Part shown: positions 45,291 through 54,324 of the stretch, piece after piece
Layout: every line of letters starts with the position of its first letter
How positions within the stretch are numbered: the stretch's first letter is position 1
Virus record (IMG/VR): IMGVR_UViG_3300044770_000059
Coordinates: 19,323-83,322 of that record
Strand: one strand, 5' to 3'
DNA: 64,000 nucleotides
Origin: a virus
Translations under genes and position numbers: made by a program
Notes under the pieces: model-generated
What the model saw: the letters and a program-made list of their open reading frames with translations, nothing else
Told to the model about the DNA's origin: nothing
The model's database searches: none

Positions 45291-46022
45291 TTAGGGGCCG
45301 CCCACGAGGCTGATGCCCACGTGGATATGGTCATCATGCCCGATCGCCGCGCCCCAGAGGATCTGGAGGCGGAAGGTGCGTTGGCCTACGCTGAAGTCGA
45401 AGGTCGCGTAGCTGTTGGGCTGCCAGTCCTTCCAGCCGAAGAGTCGAGCCAGTGCCCGGGCCGCTGCCTCACCATCCCAGGTCGGGAAGTCGCGGGCGAA
45501 GGTGAAGAGGTTGGTCGTCAAGTGGTCACTGGTCGGGCTGCCACCGATCGACTTGTTGTAGGCCGGCGTGCGCTTGCCGGAGCCGAGCGGGAGCCCGTAT
45601 CTACCGACGAGGAAAGGAGCGACAAGCTGGCCCATTATGTCGGTCGTGCCGCCATAGTGAGGAGCACCGCCCTCGGCACTGTGGATCTTGACGGATCGCA
45701 GGTTGAGTCTGCCCTGGCGGTGCCGGCGACGGAGCTTGGCCGCCTCATCGCGGCGCTCCCGGTCCCTCTTCTTCATCGCCGGAGGCCGCTCTTTCTGGCG
45801 AGTCATAGTCTGGAAGACGTGGGGCGTGACGTTCCCTCTGTGGATCTTCCGGAGCTGCCCCTCACTGAAGCCCATCAGCCAAGCGGCCATATTGATGGCG
45901 TCGAGCGTTCTTCTACTGAGATCGCCGTTTACTTCGACCTTCCGCCAGTCGAATTTCCGGCGGCCGAGGACACCGTTGGCGGCCTTCTGAAGTCGCTCGG
46001 TCTGCTGAACGCTGCCGGACAT
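45291..46022 (-). CDS. Endolysin: peptidoglycan-binding-like domain plus M15 Zn peptidase
   Basis: SGKRTPAYNKSIGGSPTSDH...ARDF...DHIHVG. Confidence 0.78.
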   Translation of the reverse strand: MSGSVQQTERLQKAANGVLGRRKFDWRKVEVNGDLSRRTLDAINMAAWLMGFSEGQLRKIHRGNVTPHVFQTMTRQKERPPAMKKRDRERRDEAAKLRRRHRQGRLNLRSVKIHSAEGGAPHYGGTTDIMGQLVAPFLVGRYGLPLGSGKRTPAYNKSIGGSPTSDHLTTNLFTFARDFPTWDGEAAARALARLFGWKDWQPNSYATFDFSVGQRTFRLQILWGAAIGHDDHIHVGISLVGGP

Positions 46023-46032
46023 TCGCGTCAGC

Positions 46033-46443
46033 CTAGCTTTCTCCCGGCGGCGCGTCAACCCAGTTCTCGCTCCCTCCGCGTTTTCGTGCCTCGATCGCAT
46101 CGTATTCCCACTGGTCGCTGAGGTTCTCGTCCTTGACCTCAAACAGGTGGAAGCAGAACTCGTGGAGGTTGAGCCAGTAGGCCCGATGGGGGAAAGGCAT
46201 CGCGAAATGCACGTCCTCCGGTAGGAGCTTCCGGGCCTCGCCTACCTCCTCCCACGTCGGTAGCCGGCTGTGATGGGCGATCGACAGATGCCAGCGGAAG
46301 TCGCGGTCGGCTCTGCGCGCGTCAGCAAGATCCTCTCGGGCGATAATGATTCTGCACTCACCGAGCATCCATGCTTCGACATGGAGCGCCGACCCCTCCA
46401 AGCTCTTAAACGACCGGGGGAGATCTATCTTGTGGGGTCTCAC
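46033..46443 (-). CDS. Conserved phage hypothetical protein
   Basis: WHLSIAH...RLPTWEEV...NLHEFCFHL. Confidence 0.6.
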   Translation of the reverse strand: MRPHKIDLPRSFKSLEGSALHVEAWMLGECRIIIAREDLADARRADRDFRWHLSIAHHSRLPTWEEVGEARKLLPEDVHFAMPFPHRAYWLNLHEFCFHLFEVKDENLSDQWEYDAIEARKRGGSENWVDAPPGES

Positions 46444-46628
46444 TCCTCCCCCTGCCGAGCCTGACGGCGATTGAAGGCCATCGTCATTCCAACGGCCTGC
46501 TGCGGGGTGATGAAGAAGAGAACGGCTGAGGCGATGTTCTGCGGGGTGTCCTTAAGCCCCTCGGCCAACAGGTCTTCTTGAAGACGGCCCAGAGCCTCCC
46601 TGGCCTTCGGGTCGATCGTCAGCCTCAC
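46440..46628 (-). CDS. Small hypothetical protein
   Basis: Coupled ORF. Confidence 0.45.
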   Translation of the reverse strand: MRLTIDPKAREALGRLQEDLLAEGLKDTPQNIASAVLFFITPQQAVGMTMAFNRRQARQGEE

Positions 46629-46855
46629 AGGTGAGCCAGCCGGCGAACGGTCTCCTGCGTCCGATACTCCAGCGGGATCAGAGTTCGCCAGTCATCGACG
46701 TAGCTGCCGTCATCCTCGATGACTTGATCCACCCTTGGCAGCCTCGTCTTCTCGACCCGCCGCTGACCCAACCAAACCCAAGCCAAGAGTGCCAGCGCCA
46801 AAACGACGACACCAACAACGGCCAGAATCTCCTCAGAACTCAGTTGCTCGAACAT
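46625..46855 (-). CDS. Single-TM membrane protein
   Basis: ILAVVGVVVLALALLAWVWLG. Confidence 0.6.
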   Translation of the reverse strand: MFEQLSSEEILAVVGVVVLALALLAWVWLGQRRVEKTRLPRVDQVIEDDGSYVDDWRTLIPLEYRTQETVRRLAHL

Positions 46856-47013
46856 TCGTGCTCCTCTGGTATGTGATTCGCGCACCACGACATTCCACAT
46901 CTGGTGCAGTGCATTACGTTCTCCTGTTCCTCAAATCTGCGGCCACAGGTCTCGCAGTAAACGACCTTCCTTCTCTGCTCAACATAGGGGCCGGTCCCAT
47001 TGAGCTTGCTCAC
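46840..47013 (-). CDS. AN1-like zinc-finger microprotein, 57 aa (absent from the ORF track)
   Basis: CETC-x12-CTRC-x4-C-x2-H-x4-H-x-C; GTGA overlap. Confidence 0.65.
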   Translation of the reverse strand: MSKLNGTGPYVEQRRKVVYCETCGRRFEEQENVMHCTRCGMSWCANHIPEEHECSSN

Positions 47014-47237
47014 AGTGCCTCCTCCAACGGGCAGAGAAATCCCTCCTGATTGAAGGCAGCAACCTCATAGGTGGTCGCAAACTTTTTGATCCGAACCAAC
47101 CAAGGACCTCTTTCAAAGACCGTCAACGAATAGCCTGGCCTAGTGAAGTCCATCCCCCGGCAGGTATATCCAGCCCCCTCAATCCGATCCGACAGGTCAT
47201 AGGGCTCGCCCTCGAAGGTTTCGATGTCGGAGATCAA
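47010..47237 (-). CDS. Small hypothetical protein
   Basis: Coupled ORF. Confidence 0.45.
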   Translation of the reverse strand: MISDIETFEGEPYDLSDRIEGAGYTCRGMDFTRPGYSLTVFERGPWLVRIKKFATTYEVAAFNQEGFLCPLEEAL

Positions 47238-47509
47238 ATCCCACCAATGACTCCGACATGCTTCCAGTGCTCGCGCAGCTCCCCTGTGGTGCGATTGATC
47301 TGACGAGGACCGCCGTGCATTTGGTTTCCTGTCTGCGCCAGCATCTCCATGCTCTCTCTTACGTCGTCCCCGAGCGGGTACAGCCTCCAGGTGTGCTCAC
47401 CAATTTGAGCGACAACTTCCCACCTTCGTCCGGTTCTCGATCGACCGGCGACGTAGATCGCACCTATGTAGGGCGGCCTACGCTTCTGCTTCTGGCGGCT
47501 GGGGCTCAT
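47234..47509 (-). CDS. Small hypothetical protein
   Basis: ORF from ATG 47509. Confidence 0.45.
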   Translation of the reverse strand: MSPSRQKQKRRPPYIGAIYVAGRSRTGRRWEVVAQIGEHTWRLYPLGDDVRESMEMLAQTGNQMHGGPRQINRTTGELREHWKHVGVIGGI

Positions 47510-48152
47510 TGGGCGGCGGCGGTTGCTCGATGGGGGGTTCCTCGACGGGAGGAACAGCGGGCTCCGGGTCATCGGTGTTGATGAGCGCTGGCAGCACCTT
47601 GATCGGCATAACGAGCCCATCCCCGTTGTACTGCTCGCCGGAGGGGCCGGTGTAGCGCCTCACCGCGACCGGGGAGTTGTAGAGGAGAGGGCCACCGTCG
47701 GTCGGAATCGCCTTGGAGAGATCGAAGACCAGCTCGACCGCCGTGTCGCCCATTGCGCGCGCAAGGTTGCTCAACAGGCGCGTGTCGATCGCGAAGCGCA
47801 TCGGCTTCTCGGGCTCGGGAGGAACCAGGTCCTGGAGATTTGGGAACTCCATTTGGCCCTGCCGGCGGAAGCTCGCGTCGGTGCCGACCATGACGTGTCT
47901 CTCGGCGAGTCTGATCGGCAGCTCCATGTCCTCGGCATAGGCGAGCGCATCGTGGGGCACCTGGCCCAGCGCGTGCTCGAAGCCCTCCGGAGGAGCACCG
48001 ACGGGCACCCTGACGAAGGCGTAGCTGTCGGTGGCACAGAGCAGCAGTTGGCCCGGGCGGTGTGGATCTTCCGCGATCCAAGCGTGATGGATGGGGCGCT
48101 CTGGCGCTTCGCTGGTGACCTGCGAGGGCTTGCCCTCAATTTGAAACTCCAC
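47478..48152 (-). CDS. Truncated beta-clamp (DnaN)-like protein
   Basis: LCATDSY, EFPNLQDLVP, FAIDTRLL, GLVMPIK resemble clamp domain 2/3 motifs. Confidence 0.5.
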   Translation of the reverse strand: MEFQIEGKPSQVTSEAPERPIHHAWIAEDPHRPGQLLLCATDSYAFVRVPVGAPPEGFEHALGQVPHDALAYAEDMELPIRLAERHVMVGTDASFRRQGQMEFPNLQDLVPPEPEKPMRFAIDTRLLSNLARAMGDTAVELVFDLSKAIPTDGGPLLYNSPVAVRRYTGPSGEQYNGDGLVMPIKVLPALINTDDPEPAVPPVEEPPIEQPPPPNEPQPPEAEA

Positions 48153-48440
48153 CTAGTCTCCGATCTGAACGTTGTATGCCTGGCGAGCCTGGTCCGCGTA
48201 GATCACCCAGGGCCAGTCTTCGTCACGCATCCCGGGCGGCGTCCCCTGAACGTCGGGGATGAAGAAGGCGAAGGTATTGACCAGGATCGTATCGGTGCCG
48301 ACGATCTCGCCCGCGAGGTTGAACCGAATCCGAGCGGGCAGCAACTGGCCCTCCTCGAATGCGTTCGTCAGGTGGTCGGCGGCTTTGATGACAGCTTCCG
48401 GATACCGGCTTCTGTCAATGCGGGAGCTGCTCGCTTCCAT
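48153..48440 (-). CDS. Hypothetical protein
   Basis: ORF from ATG 48440. Confidence 0.45.
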   Translation of the reverse strand: MEASSSRIDRSRYPEAVIKAADHLTNAFEEGQLLPARIRFNLAGEIVGTDTILVNTFAFFIPDVQGTPPGMRDEDWPWVIYADQARQAYNVQIGD

Positions 48441-48483
48441 TGGCGTGAAGCTATCACGGATTGTCCGCTGACCTACGATCCTT

Positions 48484-50172
48484 CTACGGATCTTGCGGAG
48501 TTCGTCTGGAGAGGAACTCCTGCGCGAGCACCCTGATCCGGTCGTCGGCTGAATGGGAGGTTTCGAGGATCTCCATGCCTGGATCGAGGAAGGGATCGCT
48601 CTGCATCCGCTTGACGCTGAGCACATCCGACATCATCGGATCGGTGCCGTGTTCGCTGACCAGGAAGTAGCCCAGGATCTGCTCCGTCTGCCCTGGCCGG
48701 TCGAAGCGGCCCAAGCACTGATCGTGCAACTGAGGACTCCAATCCAGCTCACCGAAGATCCCAATGTGGCAGGCGCGCTCCAGCCCATCGAGCCCGGCAC
48801 CCGACCGCAGCGACATGATGAGCACTCGCGAGTCGCCGCTGACAAAGGCGTCCTTGCTGCGGTTCTTCTGTCTCGGGGTCTCCTCGCCCGTGTAGAAGAC
48901 CGGGTTGTATCTTCTGAGCTTCTCCCGCCAGATGTCGTAGACGGCGTGGTGCCAGCCGAAAATCGTCACCTGTTCGCCGCTCTCCACGATCAACTTGGCG
49001 AAGTCGGCAACGTAAGGGGCCTTGGCGACGCCGGTAGCCCGCCGCAGCTTCCAGTTGAAGTTGCCGCGCATCTGAAACAGCTCCTCGCGGCTGGCCTGCC
49101 GGCTGACGATCAGCTCCGCCATCTGGACGGCATCTCTGGTCAGATCATGGAGGACCTCTTCGTCGGACTCGATCATCACCGGGACTTTCGCCGGCTTGGC
49201 TCTGATGATTCCCCGGTCTTCCCAGGTGTGGCGGATCATCAGCCGCTCCTCGACCAGGTAGGAGGCCAACTCGCCGGGCTCCTTCACCCCCAGGTGACTG
49301 CCGTACTGCATCCCCCACTCGCGCGCGAACTCGTCGCGGGAACCGAGCGCGTCCGGGGAAAGAACCGAGTAGATGTTGTGGACCTCCTCACCGTAGTTGT
49401 AGATGGGGGTCGCGGTCAGCCCGACTTTGATGAGGCAGCTATCGGCGAGCAGGCCGGCGGCCGTGTGCTTCTGGGAGCCATTCCGGCGCAGCTCCTGGAT
49501 CTCATCGAAGATCACAACCTTGACCAGGCCGGCGAGCGACTTCGCCCAACCGTCGAGCTTGGAGTAGGGAAGGATTAAAACGTCCGGCGATCTTCTGTCG
49601 GGCATGTAGTTCGCGAGGCGGTAGGGATTTGTTCTCCGCGCGATGTGGCCGCTCAGCGGTGTCCACTCGTTGAGCTGGGCAAGCCACTGGTCGGGCAGGT
49701 GGGTCTGACAGACGACGACCGCCGGCAAGTTCTCGTAGCGGCGCAGCGTCAGCAGGCCGGTGAGACTCTTTCCCATCGCGATCTCGTCGGCGATCAGAAG
49801 CTGATGCGTCGTCAACGCGAGGTCGGCGCTTTGTAGCTGGTCCGGGTGGACTTCGGGTGGAGCCGGCCAGGCCCCATCACCGTGGTCGAGGACTTTCCCC
49901 TCGATGATGGCCTGGGCCGCCGCCTCATTCTCGATGTGCTTGGTTGACTCCTCGGAAAGCAGCGACTCCGCCCGCGCGTCGAGATCCATCGGGTAGCGGG
50001 TGATGAACCACTCCAGGTCACGGGAGACCTCCGGGGTAGCGGTCAGCAGCACCTGCCCTTTGCGATCGGACTTGATTCGGGGGAAGTGACGCTTCAGTTT
50101 CATCGTCACCGGCGGGGTAGCGTCAATTACCCACTGACGACCGGCCCGCCGAAGCGAGCCGTGGCGCTTCAC
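48484..50172 (-). CDS. SNF2-family helicase
   Basis: LIADEIAMGKS, IFDEIQ, LTATPIYN, GAGLDGL, ELDWSP, QCLGRFDRPGQ. Confidence 0.9.
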   Translation of the reverse strand: MKRHGSLRRAGRQWVIDATPPVTMKLKRHFPRIKSDRKGQVLLTATPEVSRDLEWFITRYPMDLDARAESLLSEESTKHIENEAAAQAIIEGKVLDHGDGAWPAPPEVHPDQLQSADLALTTHQLLIADEIAMGKSLTGLLTLRRYENLPAVVVCQTHLPDQWLAQLNEWTPLSGHIARRTNPYRLANYMPDRRSPDVLILPYSKLDGWAKSLAGLVKVVIFDEIQELRRNGSQKHTAAGLLADSCLIKVGLTATPIYNYGEEVHNIYSVLSPDALGSRDEFAREWGMQYGSHLGVKEPGELASYLVEERLMIRHTWEDRGIIRAKPAKVPVMIESDEEVLHDLTRDAVQMAELIVSRQASREELFQMRGNFNWKLRRATGVAKAPYVADFAKLIVESGEQVTIFGWHHAVYDIWREKLRRYNPVFYTGEETPRQKNRSKDAFVSGDSRVLIMSLRSGAGLDGLERACHIGIFGELDWSPQLHDQCLGRFDRPGQTEQILGYFLVSEHGTDPMMSDVLSVKRMQSDPFLDPGMEILETSHSADDRIRVLAQEFLSRRTPQDP

Positions 50173-50534
50173 AGGCTATGCAGGGTCAGATATACGACCT
50201 CTAGGGGTTTTCCACACAATTCGTGTGGAAATTGATGCCTCAGCTTGTTTGTCACGAGGACCAGCCCTTCGATCGCATCGAACCCCGCATATCGGGTGAG
50301 CTGCCGCAGCACCTTATCCGTGCCGCCGGCAGTCTTGATCTCAACACCGATGCTTTCTACCAGGAAGTCGATGCGAGATCTCTCCCCAAGCCGGTGTTCG
50401 CGAGAAAAATCGAGGGCGTGCATCTTCAAGACCATCTCCACGCCGTCCTGTAGGACACCCTCCTTCCAGTAGTGGAAGCGATAGTCGCGGAAGAGATCCG
50501 CCAGTTCAGCCGCCGTCACACGATCAGCTCGCAC
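50169..50534 (-). CDS. PD-(D/E)XK nuclease-fold protein
   Basis: REHRL...RIDFLV...VEIK...QLTRY. Confidence 0.7.
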   Translation of the reverse strand: MRADRVTAAELADLFRDYRFHYWKEGVLQDGVEMVLKMHALDFSREHRLGERSRIDFLVESIGVEIKTAGGTDKVLRQLTRYAGFDAIEGLVLVTNKLRHQFPHELCGKPLEVVYLTLHSL

Positions 50535-51298
50535 TCGATCGAGGCCGCCAACCTGTCCTCATCGCTCGCTCTGATCCGGCGCTGAAGGGGAGTTGCTCTC
50601 GCGTTACGGATTGTCTGCATCTCCAGCTCCGGGGACTCCAGGGAGAGCTTCGTCGCCAGTGCCACATCGGCGTCAGGAATCCAATACTCGGGGTGGAGGC
50701 AGTAACTCCGCACGACCTCGCCGGTGAACGGGTCCACACGACGAAAGCCGTCGCCGACCTGGACTTCGTAGATGTCGCTGGTGATGCCGCCACGAACTCT
50801 GAAGCGGTTGTGTGCGGCCTTCTCCACTGCCTGGAATGCGTTCAGGTTCTCGGCGAGTAGCTTGTCAGCCCGTTTGTTGGCCTCTTCCATCGGCGGGTGA
50901 AGGAGATACTGAACCTGCTCCTCGATCTCGCCGTAGATGACCTCCTGTATCTGTTTGAGGCCAGCACGCCACGCAATCTCTGTCTGACTCCCGAGTCGTC
51001 GCCAGTAACCGTGCATGCTGCGGTCGTAGATCGCCGGCCGATAGGTCCACCTTGCCTCGGGGCTGTGGTGCAGAGGCACCAGATCCTCGGGCGCAACGAT
51101 GGCGGCCGTGCCGTACCACCGTGATAAAAGCATTGCCCCACCTGTCTTTTGGAACTGGACCACCTGGAGGTCGTAGACAACAAAGCCGCGCCCCTCATCC
51201 TCATAGGACGGCATTCCGCCTCTTACTGGATCGCCAAGGCAGTCAGCGGGTCTACCCCCCCTGACGATCCAGCGGCTCGGGTCTCTCCCGTAGTCCAA
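50516..51298 (-). CDS. Conserved hypothetical protein
   Basis: FRVRGG...YCLHP...DVALATKLSLE. Confidence 0.55.
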   Translation of the reverse strand: MDYGRDPSRWIVRGGRPADCLGDPVRGGMPSYEDEGRGFVVYDLQVVQFQKTGGAMLLSRWYGTAAIVAPEDLVPLHHSPEARWTYRPAIYDRSMHGYWRRLGSQTEIAWRAGLKQIQEVIYGEIEEQVQYLLHPPMEEANKRADKLLAENLNAFQAVEKAAHNRFRVRGGITSDIYEVQVGDGFRRVDPFTGEVVRSYCLHPEYWIPDADVALATKLSLESPELEMQTIRNARATPLQRRIRASDEDRLAASIECELIV

Positions 51299-51580
51299 CT
51301 AGAGAACTGGCCGTGCGTTCGGCCCGCCGGACATCGCCTTCTTGCGCGTGCCTTCCTTCTTGTCCTTCGCGGTCTGCACCCCGGGCGCGGCGATCACTCG
51401 GCCGAGTTTCTTGCTGAATCGTTTGACCCGTCTGCCCTTGTCCCCCGGGTCGAAGAACTCGTAGCCGTCCTCCTTCAGGCGCTTCCACTCCGCTCTGGCT
51501 TTCTTCACCGAGCCGGCGTCATCGGCATCCCACTCGATCACGATGTCACCTTCCGGCCCCATCACATTCATCCGTCCCAT
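51299..51580 (-). CDS. Small conserved protein with near-terminal GG
   Basis: GDIVIEWD...AMSGG-PNARPVL. Confidence 0.6.
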   Translation of the reverse strand: MGRMNVMGPEGDIVIEWDADDAGSVKKARAEWKRLKEDGYEFFDPGDKGRRVKRFSKKLGRVIAAPGVQTAKDKKEGTRKKAMSGGPNARPVL

Positions 51581-52104
51581 CAGAACCTCCCGTTCAGCGA
51601 GTCAACGAACTCGCGTTTTGCTTTGTTGCGGTTGCGGATCGCACCGCCCAGGTCAGGCGCGCCCAGAGCCCACTCCCGCATCTTCGCGATCGCGTCTTCG
51701 GGCAATGCATCTATGAAGTCCGTGTAGACCCGATCCGGATCATCGCCGGCGAGCCTCATCGCGGCGACCATGATCTCCAGCCCCTCACGATCGCTCAGCA
51801 TTCTCTCCGGCCGGCACCCCTGCGGGCAGGGCATTGACTCGACCGCGCCCCAGAGCCGGCAGATCACCGGCCTGATCGAGTAGACGGTGCAGCGCCCGTT
51901 CTTCAACATCGAGCAGGTAAGGCCCGGTGGCCTCGCTTCGAGCGGCCGCCCCGTTCGCTCCTCGATCAGCCGGCGCTCCTCCGAAGAGCATTCGATCGGG
52001 CCGCAGGAGTTGGCGCAGAGGCCCTTGCAGTCCTTGACCGGCGGGATCTTCGCCCACAGCTCCCGCAGCCCTCTTGGCGGAATCTGCTTACGGGCTCGGC
52101 TCAT
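51580..52104 (-). CDS. YkgJ/FliB-like Cys-cluster (Fe-S or Zn) protein
   Basis: CKGLCANSC...CSML...CTVYSIRPVICR. Confidence 0.8.
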   Translation of the reverse strand: MSRARKQIPPRGLRELWAKIPPVKDCKGLCANSCGPIECSSEERRLIEERTGRPLEARPPGLTCSMLKNGRCTVYSIRPVICRLWGAVESMPCPQGCRPERMLSDREGLEIMVAAMRLAGDDPDRVYTDFIDALPEDAIAKMREWALGAPDLGGAIRNRNKAKREFVDSLNGRF

Positions 52105-52432
52105 AATCCTTGTACCCGGGGCTGGGGATCGAGTCTTCCCGCAGCGCGTCGTCGGGCACGCCCCCGGGCGGCGGCTCCTCCGGATCGACCTCGCCGACTG
52201 AGAATGAGATCAGGAGGGCGTCGATTTTCCGCTCCATCGACGCGAGGCGGTACATCACGTATTTCCTGTACCCCGCCTGCCGCTCGAAACCCAACTGCGG
52301 GATGAGTGAGTTCGCCTTTACCTTGTAGGTCTCAGCTTCATCCAGAAGGTCGGCGATCTTCTTCTCGCGGCGCTGGTGGTCGAGCAGGTACTTCTCCGCG
52401 ATGCCAGGGTCCTGCAAATCCTTTTCAGCCAT
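52088..52432 (-). CDS. Hypothetical protein
   Basis: ORF from ATG 52432. Confidence 0.5.
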   Translation of the reverse strand: MAEKDLQDPGIAEKYLLDHQRREKKIADLLDEAETYKVKANSLIPQLGFERQAGYRKYVMYRLASMERKIDALLISFSVGEVDPEEPPPGGVPDDALREDSIPSPGYKDYEPSP

Positions 52433-52634
52433 TATCGGCTTCCTCCATCTCGACGGCGGCGATTGCTGCGTCCCTGGCATCTTGATACTCCTCGCTCAGG
52501 ACGCCATCCCGGCGGTAGGTGGTCCAAACGTCGTCGCGCAGGGGTCTGGGCACCATGTACCAATGCTTTCTGCACATCACCCTACTCCTCGCGATCCTTG
52601 TGTCGCAGCCGTCGATCGGGCAGCGATTCGACAT
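52425..52634 (-). CDS. Small C3H Zn-finger protein
   Basis: CPIDGC...MCRKHW. Confidence 0.6.
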   Translation of the reverse strand: MSNRCPIDGCDTRIARSRVMCRKHWYMVPRPLRDDVWTTYRRDGVLSEEYQDARDAAIAAVEMEEADNG

Positions 52635-53746
52635 CAGAACCCGACCTTCGGCCTTTCCATCTCGGCCTTGACCCGGCCCTCCAGCTCGGCATAGAGATCC
52701 GCCAGAGTCCAGGTGCGCTCGATGTTCCGGCCGGGACCACGGACCTCACCATCCGTATGCGCCTCCAACCATTTGAGCCCCTCTTCCCAGGTGAAGGGCT
52801 TGAACTCGACCTGCGCGGCGGCGCGGCCGTGGCGGGTGACGGCTCTATGCGCCGACGTGAACTCCTCGTTCGTCGTGAGCAGCGTCATCACTCGCAGCCC
52901 CTGGCCGATCAACCCATCCACCGCGTTGAGGAAGCGGCTAAGGGCCTGGCCCTGTGCCACCTTCGCGTCGGGCTGAATCAGCTCGCCGGAGTCCTCCAGA
53001 ATCAGAATGCGCCATCTGGCCTTCTCCCCATTCTCGCTATCGCCGAGCATCACCCTCAGCATGTAGTCGGCGTGCTCCCCGAAGAACTTGTCGGGATCTG
53101 TCACGTAGCTAAAGTTCGCCCATTTCCGCCAGGACTGCGCGAGCGCGCGGATCGCTGTCGTCTTGCCGGTGCCAGGCTCGCCATGCCACAGCAGGAGCTG
53201 CCCACTGTTGTCCGGTGTGTACCCGGGCTCCATCAGTGACTTCAGCTTACGGCTGACATCCTCTGTGTAGTTGTCGGCAATGTCTCTCCAGACCGGCGCA
53301 TCAAGCTCCCGGCGATGGAATTCCGGCCCATGCTGGCCATAGGCCCAGAACGAGATCGGGATGAGATCGGGGTCGCTGTGCTGGTTCCTACCAATGATCT
53401 CCAGCACCTGCTGGATAATATCCTCCGCGTGACTTGGGGTCTTCGCATAACCGATGCAGTTCGCAGTCCCGTTACCGATTGCGCAATAAGCAAGACCGTA
53501 GTTAACATTCTCCTCCTGCCCCTTATTCGCATAGCTCGGCCCAAACTCATAGAGCAGAAAAGCATCCCCCGAATCACGCTTCTCCGAACAAATCAGTTTG
53601 TCGGAATAGTGGTCGATGTCGAACGGATCTCCGTCATAGCTCCAGGTTCGACGGCAACAGTGGTTAAGGCCCGTGTCCCAGGCTAGTCGCGCCGCGAGTG
53701 TTCCTGGCGGCGTGGAGTTATCCAAGCCCCATACAACATCCAACAT
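52634..53746 (-). CDS. AAA+ ATPase (actinobacterial DUF5925/BCS1-like)
   Basis: LLLWHGEPGTGKT, LILEDS, LSRFLNAVDGLIGQG, LLTTN, RHGR. Confidence 0.85.
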   Translation of the reverse strand: MLDVVWGLDNSTPPGTLAARLAWDTGLNHCCRRTWSYDGDPFDIDHYSDKLICSEKRDSGDAFLLYEFGPSYANKGQEENVNYGLAYCAIGNGTANCIGYAKTPSHAEDIIQQVLEIIGRNQHSDPDLIPISFWAYGQHGPEFHRRELDAPVWRDIADNYTEDVSRKLKSLMEPGYTPDNSGQLLLWHGEPGTGKTTAIRALAQSWRKWANFSYVTDPDKFFGEHADYMLRVMLGDSENGEKARWRILILEDSGELIQPDAKVAQGQALSRFLNAVDGLIGQGLRVMTLLTTNEEFTSAHRAVTRHGRAAAQVEFKPFTWEEGLKWLEAHTDGEVRGPGRNIERTWTLADLYAELEGRVKAEMERPKVGF

Positions 53747-54324
53747 CAGTCGCCCTCCAGGGCCTTGTGGGCCTCCGCGATCGCTTCCGAACGCATCGCT
53801 TCAAGCTGCTCGTGCGCCTCGCTCCCCTCGAACTCCCCGCACTCCAGGAAGTCGATGAACTCCCCTATGTCGTCGGGTTCCAGAGAAACCCTGAAAAGAC
53901 CATCGTCATCTGCCGCCCCACCGAGGTCGTCAAAACGCTCGGCGAGATCCTCCCACTCAACTTCCCTAAGAGCGTCAGCGACCCGCTGTATCTCCCCATC
54001 GGAATCGTTCGTCACGATTACGACGTTCTTCGGGTGTCTCTCTCCGGTAATCTCCGCTTGCAACATGCTGGGCCTCCTGTATTTGAGTAAGTGCTTGACA
54101 GCACCACGAATTTGAATTTTCTCCACTTCGTAAAGCAGCCGGTAGGGCTCCTCGCGCAGCACCTTGCAGTGGTAACTGACGTTTCCAAGCAACTCGTCAA
54201 TCAGGCGGGAGATCTCCAGGGGGGACGCAACCTTGCCGTCCTGCATCAACTCCAAGATCGCTATCTGCGTCGGATGCAGCGCTTGTTTGGCAATGCTGGC
54301 CCAATCGAGGGTGCTAGTCGTCAT
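53746..54324 (-). CDS. ArsR-type winged-HTH regulator with acidic C-terminal domain
   Basis: ALHPTQIAIL...ASPLEIS...LGNVSYHCKVL...RGAVKH. Confidence 0.8.
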   Translation of the reverse strand: MTTSTLDWASIAKQALHPTQIAILELMQDGKVASPLEISRLIDELLGNVSYHCKVLREEPYRLLYEVEKIQIRGAVKHLLKYRRPSMLQAEITGERHPKNVVIVTNDSDGEIQRVADALREVEWEDLAERFDDLGGAADDDGLFRVSLEPDDIGEFIDFLECGEFEGSEAHEQLEAMRSEAIAEAHKALEGD

